Origin: a virus
Lineage: Duplodnaviria > Caudoviricetes
Reading direction: 5' to 3' (one strand)
DNA: 64,000 bases
Virus record (IMG/VR): IMGVR_UViG_3300033073_001881
Span: 23,017-87,016 of that record
Every line of letters starts with the position of its first letter. Within the stretch, counting starts at the first letter, position 1. Below are positions 18,143 through 27,464 of this stretch, piece by piece. The notes beneath the pieces were generated by a model that was not told the DNA's origin, made no database searches, and worked only from the letters and a program-made list of their open reading frames with translations. A program made the position numbers and the translations under genes.

Positions 18143-19987
18143 TCAGGCCTTGTCGTTCCCGATACCGGCCAAAACAGCCCAGCGATTCACCTCGACGGAT
18201 TCGTTAATCATGCCACCTGGCCTCGTCGATCTGGAAGAATTGCCCACTGTTCTGTTGGTTCCTTCTGCAAGACGATCTGTCTTTCTTGTTAGAGCTTCAT
18301 TGAGGCTCTTGTAAAGAAGATCGGCTTCACGAATAGTCTTTGCAGAATCAAGAGCTTCAACAACAGCTTTAAGCTTGTTCTGTGGAAGCGATGAATCACG
18401 CATTAACTTTGTTACATAAAGAAGCTTTGCATTGAAAAGCTTCTGTGCTTCAAGCTGCTTATTGAGCTTGGCAGCATTTTGACTGGACTCTTTAAGGCGA
18501 GCAGCGAGTTCACGATTTCTGCGTGACTCCTTTACTGACTCTTTCTTCTTGTCGTCCTTATCAGCTTCGTCGAGATCCTTTTTAGTAGGCTTTTTGGCCT
18601 CTTTCTTAAGTTTCTCATTTTCTGAAACATTTGCATTTAGCTTAACTGAATCGTAAGACTTAATTGTTTTTTCTGGCTTACCGCCGAATGACTCGGTAGG
18701 ATCTGCCTCTTCACGAAGCTTACGAAGTCTAACGAGTTCACGACGAAGCATACTTTCATCGATGCTGAAGGTTGCGCCTTCATCCATTTCATCAGCCTTA
18801 TCAGCTTCATCCATTTCGTCGCCTTCATCCATTTCGTCAGTCTCGTCCATTTCGTAAACAGACTCGTCTACTTCGTCATAATGGCTCATTTCGTCAGTCT
18901 CCATATTCATTTCGTCCATTTCATCTTTGACTTCGAGATCATCATCACCAAAATCAAAGTCATCGCCAGATGAATCGTCAGAATCACCAGCATCATCAGT
19001 GTCATCAGAAACCTTTAATCCGATAGCGGATGCCAGCTGTTGAACTGCTGATTTGATGGCGTCCATGTCCATTTCGCCTGATTCTTCTGACTCTCCAGAG
19101 GTGTCTTCATCCTCTGTATCTTCGTCAGCCTCATCAGCCTCATCAGCCTCATCCATTTCATCAGCTTCATCCATCTCGTCGGTTTCTTTCATTTCGCTTT
19201 CGTCAGTTTCTACAAGTCTTGCGCGCTTCTCTTCACGCTCTAGCAGTGTACGAAGTAATTTTCTTGTTGACATTTCTTTAATCTCCTTTAGTAGCAATTT
19301 AAACTCTTTTGTCGAAGTTTCTCTAAGCTTGCCAGCAGGAATTTTATCAATTTCCTTCTGGAGGTTTGTGGCCTGCTTAACAAGCCTATTAAATTTCTCA
19401 ACAATTCGAAGAGCAGCTACGTTTGTTTTTCTGCCTTCACTAAGGGCATTGAGATCCCTTCCAAAAGATTTGAGACTAATTCTTGCTTCATGAACCTTGT
19501 CTCTTAAGGTTGCTTTACCATCAATAATGCTAAGTAAAGCGTTTATCGAATCTCGCGAAAGTTCAATTCCTTCGCTATTAAGCTGCTGCTTATCACCTTC
19601 AAATTCAATATTAATTTTTTTAACTCCCTTTAAAGGAAGCTGTGCAAGCCCACCAGATGAATCAACAGACATTTGATCATTAACCAATTCTCCATCATCG
19701 GCCATTCCTGAGCCTGTATCATCAAGATCGGTATCACTGTCCATATCTTCGACAGTGTCGTCATCGTCTTCGATGTCGTCCATTTCATCACCTGGCTTGT
19801 CCTCTAATGATGCAACTATGGCGTCAATATCTTCATCTTCATTCTGAAGAGAATTTTCGAGGAGGCTTCTTTCTACAAGTTTTCGAATTCGAGGTGCCAC
19901 AGTTTCGACGAGCTTGTTAGTGGCATTTTCTTCAGCCATTCTAACAAGTTCTTTTGCATCTGCAATTGCCTCATCGTAAAGCGACAT
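18143..19987 (-). CDS. Prohead scaffolding/core protein, gp22-like, 614 aa
   Basis: Highly acidic and coiled-coil, many [IL]-x-E sites, KLFNAKLLY motif; lies between protease region and capsid gene. Confidence 0.8.
   Translation of the reverse strand: MSLYDEAIADAKELVRMAEENATNKLVETVAPRIRKLVERSLLENSLQNEDEDIDAIVASLEDKPGDEMDDIEDDDDTVEDMDSDTDLDDTGSGMADDGELVNDQMSVDSSGGLAQLPLKGVKKINIEFEGDKQQLNSEGIELSRDSINALLSIIDGKATLRDKVHEARISLKSFGRDLNALSEGRKTNVAALRIVEKFNRLVKQATNLQKEIDKIPAGKLRETSTKEFKLLLKEIKEMSTRKLLRTLLEREEKRARLVETDESEMKETDEMDEADEMDEADEADEADEDTEDEDTSGESEESGEMDMDAIKSAVQQLASAIGLKVSDDTDDAGDSDDSSGDDFDFGDDDLEVKDEMDEMNMETDEMSHYDEVDESVYEMDETDEMDEGDEMDEADKADEMDEGATFSIDESMLRRELVRLRKLREEADPTESFGGKPEKTIKSYDSVKLNANVSENEKLKKEAKKPTKKDLDEADKDDKKKESVKESRRNRELAARLKESSQNAAKLNKQLEAQKLFNAKLLYVTKLMRDSSLPQNKLKAVVEALDSAKTIREADLLYKSLNEALTRKTDRLAEGTNRTVGNSSRSTRPGGMINESVEVNRWAVLAGIGNDKA
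18780..19180 (-). repeat. Degenerate coding repeats (DEMDE / DEADE units) within the scaffold gene
   Basis: Repeated TCATCCATTTC and TCATCAGCC units at about 18780-18856 and 19121-19180. Confidence 0.75.
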
Positions 19988-20005
19988 TTCTATTCTCCGT
20001 GTTTT

Positions 20006-20012
20006 TAAGTAT
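20006..20012 (-). promoter_or_regulatory. Putative late promoter ATACTTA (scaffold gene)
   Basis: Motif followed by CGGAG SD and ATG. Confidence 0.65.
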
Positions 20013-20032
20013 TATGCAACAAGTGAAAAATA

Positions 20033-20590
20033 TTACTTTTTTTCATTATTTGCGACAAATATTGTTCGAATAAGCTCTCGAAGCTTAATAAGTGTAGGAT
20101 CTTCATTTTGATCTTCACTAGGATCTAACAAGATAGATGATCTTTGAGTTCCATGAGGTGTGCCACGAGTTCTTAAAACATTTTTTGTATTTTGCCACTG
20201 GTTAGTTGCCATCATTCCACTTTCACGATTATCATAAAGATCTGGAAATGGCACCATCGATGCCCTTGTTTGATTTCTGGCTACTGATTCAAATCTAGTA
20301 GCGGCCCCAAAAAAATAAAAAGGATCAGTTTTCTTTACTGCCAAATTATCGGTTGGAACATAGGCTGATATTTTTTTACTAACCTTATGATCTAATTCGT
20401 CGTCTATTTCTTCATCGTCTATTTCTTTTTCGATTTCACTTGGTTCTTCTTTATAAGGATAAGAATCCTGATATTGTCTTTGATCATGAAACCCGGACTG
20501 TGTCCCGTATCCAAGCCCAGTCCGGGCATCATAATTTGGAAAATTCGCGGGACCTCCCCCAATAGCCTCTTGAATTTTCTTTTTTCTCAT
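20033..20590 (-). CDS. Hypothetical head-region protein, 185 aa
   Basis: Fills the interval on the operon strand; TTATTTA 7 nt before ATG and no SD. Confidence 0.7.
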   Translation of the reverse strand: MRKKKIQEAIGGGPANFPNYDARTGLGYGTQSGFHDQRQYQDSYPYKEEPSEIEKEIDDEEIDDELDHKVSKKISAYVPTDNLAVKKTDPFYFFGAATRFESVARNQTRASMVPFPDLYDNRESGMMATNQWQNTKNVLRTRGTPHGTQRSSILLDPSEDQNEDPTLIKLRELIRTIFVANNEKK

Positions 20591-20596
20591 TTGATA

Positions 20597-21046
20597 CTAA
20601 ATAATTCCAGAAATATTTGCTGATGAAACTGCTGGATCTCTTTCTTCCGCAGTCACTGGTGTCGATGAACCAGCATGTGCACCATTGGTTGGAACTGTTC
20701 CATAACCTGCTGGGGCTGTGCCTAAATCTGCTGGATTTACCGAACCTTCTCCTGGACTCATTGGATTTGGAACCCATGCTGACGCTGGAAGGCCACCTGG
20801 GCCTGTTTCAACATCGGCATAACTTGGAGCGCCTGTGTAATCAAGACTGAAATTACCTACCTGCTGATTTTCTACGATCTCACCGTCGGTAAGCTTATCG
20901 TAATTTTGATTTCTAAAATCCATCATATCAACTGAAAGACCAGGTGAACCAGGAAACATAGACTGAAGGGATGCAGTGTCAGATGAACCCTTACCACGAG
21001 TGGTCGATGTAACAGTTTGAATTGTTGGATATCTATAAGAACTCAT
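20597..21046 (-). CDS. Hypothetical Pro/Gly-rich head-region protein, 149 aa
   Basis: AAAAGGAG SD; extended low-structure composition. Confidence 0.75.
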   Translation of the reverse strand: MSSYRYPTIQTVTSTTRGKGSSDTASLQSMFPGSPGLSVDMMDFRNQNYDKLTDGEIVENQQVGNFSLDYTGAPSYADVETGPGGLPASAWVPNPMSPGEGSVNPADLGTAPAGYGTVPTNGAHAGSSTPVTAEERDPAVSSANISGII

Positions 21047-21065
21047 CTGAAACTCCTTTTACGAA

Positions 21066-21371
21066 TTATTTGTTGCGAAGAAGACGTGCACGAACTGCTT
21101 TTTTGCTTTCGCTGATCTTCTTAAGTCTGTCCTGAAGAGCGCGCTCTTCAGCAACAAGCTGCTGGTATTTACGACGGAAGGTTTCCATCTTTGGAGCATG
21201 ATCTTTCTTTGATTCAAGAGTGTCAGCATACTCGTCTGCATCAACTTCGGTTGGCTTATCCTCACCGATGTCTGAGCTTGACTTTGCAGCAGCTTCTAGC
21301 TGAAGCTTTCTCTTCTCTTCAAGGACAATTTGACGAAGAATCTGTGGTGTAAGTTTAATAGTTTTAGCCAT
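21066..21371 (-). CDS. Hypothetical coiled-coil head-region protein, 101 aa
   Basis: CAGGAG SD, ATAAATA motif at 21402-21408, LRQIVLEE leader. Confidence 0.75.
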   Translation of the reverse strand: MAKTIKLTPQILRQIVLEEKRKLQLEAAAKSSSDIGEDKPTEVDADEYADTLESKKDHAPKMETFRRKYQQLVAEERALQDRLKKISESKKAVRARLLRNK

Positions 21372-21416
21372 GTTTTTTCTCCTGGAGCTTATGCTCTAAT
21401 TTATTTATTCAGCACA

Positions 21417-21866
21417 CTAGGGTTTTCTCTTTTCTGCGAAGGCAATATTTGCCCAATTTTGTGATCCTTCAAAAAGAAGTGGATCTAAACCAGTATCTAC
21501 AATTGGATTTGCAGACGCTGGTGAATTTTTTTCTGATGTCATAGTTTCGACCAGACCACTATTGGCAGTTTCTGCAAACATTGCCGCCATGACAGGATCG
21601 TTTATAAGATTTAGAAATTGATCTGGAGATGCAGTCGTCTTTTTAGAACCTCGCTCTTTACCTCTGGGTGGTGCTCCACCCGGAAATATTTTCTCCAATG
21701 ACGCCTTCGGTGGAAGAGGGGCGACAGCTTCTCTAACAACTTTTTCTGGCGTATTTCTATTTCTTACATTCTCTATAACAGTTTTAGGTGAACCCTCTAT
21801 GATAATTTCAAGAAGGCACTCCTTAATGATAGCTTTTAACTCAGATCTTTTCAATTTTTTCTCCAT
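21417..21866 (-). CDS. Hypothetical head-region protein, 149 aa
   Basis: Overlaps the protease stop; KRSELKAIIKE leader. Confidence 0.75.
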   Translation of the reverse strand: MEKKLKRSELKAIIKECLLEIIIEGSPKTVIENVRNRNTPEKVVREAVAPLPPKASLEKIFPGGAPPRGKERGSKKTTASPDQFLNLINDPVMAAMFAETANSGLVETMTSEKNSPASANPIVDTGLDPLLFEGSQNWANIAFAEKRKP

Positions 21867-22465
21867 GAAAGAACATCATTAAAAATTCTATCAATTCTAT
21901 CTGCTTTTGTGAAGGTCTTTTTTAATTCGCTGCTAGAAATTTTTTTGCCTTCTGACATCATGAAAGCACCTGGTGTTGAAGGTTCTGCAACGAAATCCCA
22001 ACAAATAAGCTGGAAATCGTCTTGAACTACCTGAGATTCTCCGTCTCTCTTAGTTGAACCTACACCACGAGATGAAATTCCAAGAGTCACACCTGATTCT
22101 ACCAATGATTGCAAAATTTTACCCATTGGCGTATCAAGTAATTCAACCGTTCCGTAGCAAACATTTCCTTCCATGTAAGCTTCGCGAATAATATGACTTG
22201 CTCTTTCAAGCGCGACGACTGATGAATCTGGATGATCGCATTCCCCCAGAGCTCTATTTTCACGAATAAATTTCTGATAATTTCTAACTTCTCTTTCAAG
22301 AATAGAATGCGGATAAACTCTACCATTTTGGTTTAATGTTTCTGACTTTTGCAAAATTCCTTTCATTATAATTTTGCCGCCATTTTTCTCTCTGCTTTCT
22401 TTAATCATTTGCGGATTATAAGAGAAAGCAAGCCATTCTGTTAGTAATCTTTTTTCATTTGACAT
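21851..22465 (-). CDS. gp21: Prohead core protease, T4 gp21-like (start moved to MSNEKR, 204 aa)
   Basis: NQNGRVY, ALGECDHP, GISSRG and DFVAEPST motifs of the gp21/S78 family. Confidence 0.95.
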   Translation of the reverse strand: MSNEKRLLTEWLAFSYNPQMIKESREKNGGKIIMKGILQKSETLNQNGRVYPHSILEREVRNYQKFIRENRALGECDHPDSSVVALERASHIIREAYMEGNVCYGTVELLDTPMGKILQSLVESGVTLGISSRGVGSTKRDGESQVVQDDFQLICWDFVAEPSTPGAFMMSEGKKISSSELKKTFTKADRIDRIFNDVLSWRKN

Positions 22466-23306
22466 TGTCACTTTCCTTTGATTCTTCAATAAGCTTTATT
22501 AAAGTTAAATAACGAGAAAGATCGGACTCATTAATATTTGTCATCGGAAGCTCATTAATTTCTTTAATAACAGGATCTATTTTTTCTGTCATAACTCCGC
22601 TATTATCAAATCTTAATTTGTTCACCGTTTGAATTGCTTTAGATTTTATTTCTTCACAATGTTCTTTAATAGAATTTTTATCATTTCTTACCGAAGATTT
22701 GACAAAAGAGTTTATAAGTCTAATCTGTTCTTGACTGAGAGTATCACTATACTTTCTTACAAGTTTTTCTTGCATTAATCTAAGAGAAAGATTGGAAACT
22801 TCAGATTTATTTGGAATGCCTGATTGAGGAACCTGATTTTCCATTAAATAAGCGGCCACTTTTGATTCATAATTAATTCTATGAATATTGACGGTGGACT
22901 CATCTTTTTTTCTCCATTCATTTAATAGGACCTGAACGGTTGCAAGCTTTCTATATTCTGGTATTTTGATATCAAAAAATCCTGGAAAGTCAAGTTTTTT
23001 ATTTATGCTTCTAATCAAATTACCTTTTTCGATATCCAATTTTTTTGCATCATGCAATTTAGAGGCGTCTTTTGCCTCGCCGAGCACTCTAAATGCAAAA
23101 CTTTCAGTAGGCACGGTTGTTTGAATTAGCGCGTTAAAAAGCCTGAATTCTTTATATAGTTCTGTTCCTTGCTTAAAATGCTCTTTCAATATCTGCATTG
23201 CAATTTCGGCCTTGTCCTGCTTGCCTTCAAGAATGCATCTAGATGCATATCTAATAAGCTGCTCGTAAATTAGACCGACATTACGCTTTTTATTGTGATT
23301 ACTCAT
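22455..23306 (-). CDS. Hypothetical protein between portal and protease (start moved to MSNHNKKRN, 283 aa)
   Basis: ATGAGTAA overlap with the portal stop, GGAG SD; helical protein. Confidence 0.75.
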   Translation of the reverse strand: MSNHNKKRNVGLIYEQLIRYASRCILEGKQDKAEIAMQILKEHFKQGTELYKEFRLFNALIQTTVPTESFAFRVLGEAKDASKLHDAKKLDIEKGNLIRSINKKLDFPGFFDIKIPEYRKLATVQVLLNEWRKKDESTVNIHRINYESKVAAYLMENQVPQSGIPNKSEVSNLSLRLMQEKLVRKYSDTLSQEQIRLINSFVKSSVRNDKNSIKEHCEEIKSKAIQTVNKLRFDNSGVMTEKIDPVIKEINELPMTNINESDLSRYLTLIKLIEESKESDNVK

Positions 23307-25212
23307 CGTCGGACTCTCCAAAATCTAAATTAGTATCTTCACGAAGAACGGAACGAGATGTTCCTACTTTTCTATTATTTATCTTCATGTTTAGTAAATT
23401 AAGCATAGAATCAACTTCAGGCGTCTTTTTTGGTTTTTCATTAACTCCAAACATTGCCATTGACAATGATGGATCACTTTCTTCCCATATTCCTTTTACC
23501 ATATTTTTTGGTCCAAATGGCTCATTAGAAGTAGATTGTGGTCTACTATCAAGAGTCATTGTAAGAAAATCTGGGATCGAGGCTTCAGAGTTGGAGGACA
23601 TTTTTTGTTTCTTTTTTCTTTTTCCACCAAAAACATTTTTTGTTGCTTTGACTGGAACATCATCTTCTTTCATCACTTGACCTTCAGGAACGTCACCTGA
23701 GAACAGATCACCTAAACCTTCTTCGCCTTCACCGCCAGCTTCTCCTCCGCCGGCGTCAGGAGGCGGAGGAGACTCGCCTCCTGGTTCACCGCCAGCACTT
23801 TCGCCTTCTTCATCTCCTTCGCCGCCAGCTTCAACAGCATTATCTTCGTTCTTATCGTCAATTCTTCCTTTTTTAATTCTTTCAATTTCTTCATTAGAAA
23901 GACCAAGAATATTTTTACGAATCCACTGTCTGTCAACGGCGCCCTCAGGCGCCGAAGCCGCTATCTCGAATTTAGTTTTTATAAGCTCTAATTTCTGCAA
24001 TTGAGCAACTGATGATGGATTGTTTAATGATAAATGAAAGTTTAAAAGATCATCATCAGAAAATCCGTGAGAATACAAATGAATCATTGCAAGCTTATTA
24101 AGTTCAGAAATAATAACCTTTTGTATTCTTGTAATAGTTCTAGAAAATCTAATATCTTCCTGAGCAAGTGTTGCTTTAGCGCCAATTTCCTCATCATATC
24201 CAAGATAAGCTTTTGGAATCTTTAAGGCAGCAAATAGCTTCTTCTGAATATATTGAACATCTTCAACGGCAGCGGCATTTTGACCACCTGCAAGTGTTTC
24301 GATCTTTGTGCCTGTTTCTCCACCACGAACAGGAATAAAGTAATCGTCATCAACTGCTAATGGATTGTATCTTAAATCCATTTTTCCTGTATGAGGATCA
24401 ACAAGTTTATTTCTACGCAATGAGGTCTGCGCCTGTTGCATGAAATTTCCAATTTCTTCAGGAGGAACATTACCAACATCAATATAGAATATTCTTCTTT
24501 CGGGAGCACGAACAATTCTATAGACCAACATTGCGTCTTCAATTAGAATTAACTGTCTCCAAATTCTTCTTGCTGATTCTAAAACAGACGCTCCATATGG
24601 AAGGAATGCATCATTTCCAAGTAATCTAAAATGACTTACCTGCCAGTTTTCAAGAACCTTATTTCCTCTTGTTATCCAACGAAAACGAACTGCGGTTGGA
24701 TCTTTTGGATCATATCCTTCCTCACGTTCAATCTCAGAAATAGGAATAGGAAAACAATTTGTGACACCATATTGAGGATCAACATCGTTAAAAGTAAAAA
24801 AATCTCCATATTTACAAAGATTTCTTACCCACATTGGTAAATTAAAATTGACATTAAGAATTTCATCAAAAAGATTTGTTAAAAGTTCTTGAATTTGCCT
24901 ATTTTCAGAAAAAACATGTAAAACTCTTCCAGTGTCATCTTGCGAAGCTGTTTCTTCAGCATAAATGTCAAGCGCAGAAGCAATTTCAGGCGTTGCCTCC
25001 ATTTCGGAAAAATCCGAATATCTTGACATTCTGTCATATGCACCATATGCCGAAACCGTGCTCGAATAAACATCTGAAACATTTCTGCGAAATAATTCAT
25101 ACGCAGATGAAGCGGTCACTTGGGATTGATTATTTTTGACTTTTCTCCTTACGACAGGCCCACTTCTAAAAAGCTTGGTTAGTCGTGAGAAAAGATTTCT
25201 CTGATCAGCCAC
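23299..25212 (-). CDS. gp20: Portal protein, T4 gp20-like (GTG start, 637 aa)
   Basis: LIEDAMLVYRIVRAPERRIFYIDVGNVP, DDYFIPVRGG, KKLFAALKIP, IRFSRTI; AAAAAGGAG SD 5 nt before GTG at 25212. Confidence 0.96.
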   Translation of the reverse strand: MADQRNLFSRLTKLFRSGPVVRRKVKNNQSQVTASSAYELFRRNVSDVYSSTVSAYGAYDRMSRYSDFSEMEATPEIASALDIYAEETASQDDTGRVLHVFSENRQIQELLTNLFDEILNVNFNLPMWVRNLCKYGDFFTFNDVDPQYGVTNCFPIPISEIEREEGYDPKDPTAVRFRWITRGNKVLENWQVSHFRLLGNDAFLPYGASVLESARRIWRQLILIEDAMLVYRIVRAPERRIFYIDVGNVPPEEIGNFMQQAQTSLRRNKLVDPHTGKMDLRYNPLAVDDDYFIPVRGGETGTKIETLAGGQNAAAVEDVQYIQKKLFAALKIPKAYLGYDEEIGAKATLAQEDIRFSRTITRIQKVIISELNKLAMIHLYSHGFSDDDLLNFHLSLNNPSSVAQLQKLELIKTKFEIAASAPEGAVDRQWIRKNILGLSNEEIERIKKGRIDDKNEDNAVEAGGEGDEEGESAGGEPGGESPPPPDAGGGEAGGEGEEGLGDLFSGDVPEGQVMKEDDVPVKATKNVFGGKRKKKQKMSSNSEASIPDFLTMTLDSRPQSTSNEPFGPKNMVKGIWEESDPSLSMAMFGVNEKPKKTPEVDSMLNLLNMKINNRKVGTSRSVLREDTNLDFGESDDE

Positions 25213-25247
25213 TATCACTCCTTTTTAGCAATTATTATTTAAAATCG

Positions 25248-26831
25248 TTAATTGTAAAGCCACATTAGCGGCATATTTGAATTCATTCCATTTGTTCCTA
25301 TTTGAGGTTCTAAATTTGGCATTGTTCTATGCATTTCACTTACAATAGCAGCTATTTCTGATTGCTGCTTTTTAGGTGCAGAAGAATTTACGCTAAAACC
25401 TTTTAACATCTCCAAATAAATGTTGGAGTTTGATTTCTTTTCTCCAATTGCCTCTAGCGGGTCGTACAACGATGTTCCAATTCCTAACGCCATTACAAGG
25501 TCGTCATTAAAACCTTTTTGCGCTCGAGGAACATCACCAAACCAAACGAAAGTTCTAAGTTCATCGAGTAGCCTTGATGAATAAACTTTTACTGACATGG
25601 TTCTTAAAAATTCTTCTAGTTTGGTTAAAGCTGCTGATCTAGAAGGGCCCGATGTTGTAAATCCAAATTTCGAAACAGGTATATCAGTGGCATATTGATA
25701 TCTTCTATCGTTAAGGAAGATATTTGGATATCCTAAGTCTCTAAGCTTAGTAATCGTAGAATATCCATATGTGTTATTTTCAGGACATAGAAGAGCCTTA
25801 TTGTACTTTAAACCTATATCGTTTAATAAAATTCCAAACTGATCTGGTGGTAGCTTGCCTTTAAATTCGCAAACCTGCTCAGAGGTTGTTGTATCTATAA
25901 CATGAAAAGCAGAAAAATCCTTGGCATCGCCTCGGGCAACGTCTGCAGACACAACATATTTGTGATCTGGAAGTGGGTATTTCCACGTCCAGATAGCGGC
26001 TTCAGGGCCTGATTTTTCTATTGGAGATCTTGTTTGTATTCTTAATCTTTCAAGATCTTCAACATTTAGAAATGTGTCACCTGATGAAGCGAAGTCGCAA
26101 AGAAGCTCTTGAGCAATTTGTTTTTTAGACATTTGTCTTGCTTCTTTTTCAAACCATTCTCTATCTCTTTCAGGATGAACATCCCACATTAATTTAATTG
26201 GATTTAAATCTGAAACTCCATTTTCTGCGTCTACCCACAATTTATGATATTGGTTACCAACACCGTTAGGAGTACTCAAAATAATGGCAGAACCACCTGT
26301 AGATAGAGTTGGATAAAGACCTGTCCAAATTTCTTCAAAGTTGCGAATAAAAGCGGCCTCGTCGATAATAAGAAGAGACAATGCCTCAGAACGACCTGCA
26401 TCTTCCGAAGTTGGAATTGCTTTAATAGTTGAACCATTTGAAAATTCAATCGAAGTCTTCGTATCACCAACTATTTTTGGAATGACTAACCAAGGTGGTA
26501 ATGCGTTAAGCATGACTTTTACTTTTTTAATAAAGTTAGCTGCTGTCGCCAATTTAGTAGCAATAACAAGAATGTTCTTTTCTTTATAAAAGATTGCTCG
26601 CCATACTGCAAAAGCAGCTGAAACTGTTGAAAGTCCCAACTGCCTACTTTTAAGAACGATATTAAATCTATGTTTTATAAAGGCGCTTATACATTCATCT
26701 TGGAACGGGTATGTCTTAAATGGAATAAGACCTTTTCTAGGATGCGCAATTTTAGCATACTTATTTATGAAATAAGTTGGATTCTTTCCACATTTTACTA
26801 TTTCATTTACTTGCGCATTTCTAGAAATCAT
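25248..26831 (-). CDS. gp17: Terminase large subunit, T4 gp17-like, 527 aa
   Basis: Walker A KSRQLGLST, Walker B LLIIDEAAF, coupling motif LSTPNG, nuclease motifs SADVARG and DDLVMA. Confidence 0.97.
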   Translation of the reverse strand: MISRNAQVNEIVKCGKNPTYFINKYAKIAHPRKGLIPFKTYPFQDECISAFIKHRFNIVLKSRQLGLSTVSAAFAVWRAIFYKEKNILVIATKLATAANFIKKVKVMLNALPPWLVIPKIVGDTKTSIEFSNGSTIKAIPTSEDAGRSEALSLLIIDEAAFIRNFEEIWTGLYPTLSTGGSAIILSTPNGVGNQYHKLWVDAENGVSDLNPIKLMWDVHPERDREWFEKEARQMSKKQIAQELLCDFASSGDTFLNVEDLERLRIQTRSPIEKSGPEAAIWTWKYPLPDHKYVVSADVARGDAKDFSAFHVIDTTTSEQVCEFKGKLPPDQFGILLNDIGLKYNKALLCPENNTYGYSTITKLRDLGYPNIFLNDRRYQYATDIPVSKFGFTTSGPSRSAALTKLEEFLRTMSVKVYSSRLLDELRTFVWFGDVPRAQKGFNDDLVMALGIGTSLYDPLEAIGEKKSNSNIYLEMLKGFSVNSSAPKKQQSEIAAIVSEMHRTMPNLEPQIGTNGMNSNMPLMWLYN

Positions 26832-27190
26832 TAAGAAACCGTTGTCAATAAATGAAATCTATAATAAGCTGTCTTTTTTGGATTGTAGTAATTTGCTGCA
26901 ATAATTTCTACGTTGTCGGATTCTCTAACTATTTTAATTTTAAGACTTTTTCCTGCAAGTGTTTTAAATTCAGACTTAATTTTATTGACTGCTTCTTTCA
27001 TCATAGATTTTGCTCTTTCACGTTCACGATCGGTTTGATTTCTAAGAGTAAAATCATTTGCATACTGAATAACAGAAGTATAAGTTATTTCTACCTGCTC
27101 TTCATTCAAGATTTTTGAAGTAATAGAGGTTGTGCCGTCTTTAGAACCTTTACAGCAGTCCAAGGCTTGACCAAGTGCGTTAAAATTCAT
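26831..27190 (-). CDS. Hypothetical protein, 119 aa
   Basis: CGGAG SD, ATAATTA motif at 27207-27213, TAATG overlap with the terminase gene. Confidence 0.75.
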   Translation of the reverse strand: MNFNALGQALDCCKGSKDGTTSITSKILNEEQVEITYTSVIQYANDFTLRNQTDRERERAKSMMKEAVNKIKSEFKTLAGKSLKIKIVRESDNVEIIAANYYNPKKTAYYRFHLLTTVS

Positions 27191-27215
27191 AATGTCTCCG
27201 TTTTAGTAATTATTA

Positions 27216-27464
27216 CTATCTAAGCAAGATTTGCCTATCTGCTATTTTTTCTTCAATTTGTTTTAAAGAAGGACGCCAGCCATTTTTCCATTTTTCTTGA
27301 TTGGTTTCAAAAAAACACATCTCACAATTTCTACAACAGTCACATCTATCGTAAGCCTCAGTGTCCTCCAGGGTAGACATAACTATGCTGCAAATATTGC
27401 AAAATGCAGGATACTCAGGAGAACTATTATTCACTATCTGATACTGAATCTGCGGAGACAACAT
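27216..27464 (-). CDS. Small Cys-rich protein, 82 aa, possible zinc finger
   Basis: CNIC and CDCCRNCEMC; overlaps the end of the Mre11-Rad50 gene. Confidence 0.65.
   Translation of the reverse strand: MLSPQIQYQIVNNSSPEYPAFCNICSIVMSTLEDTEAYDRCDCCRNCEMCFFETNQEKWKNGWRPSLKQIEEKIADRQILLR

Noticed and set aside
18780-19180. Repeats in the scaffold gene as a CRISPR array or DGR target
   Set aside because: They are in-frame degenerate codon repeats for DEMDE/DEADE with no unique spacers and no adenine-specific variation.
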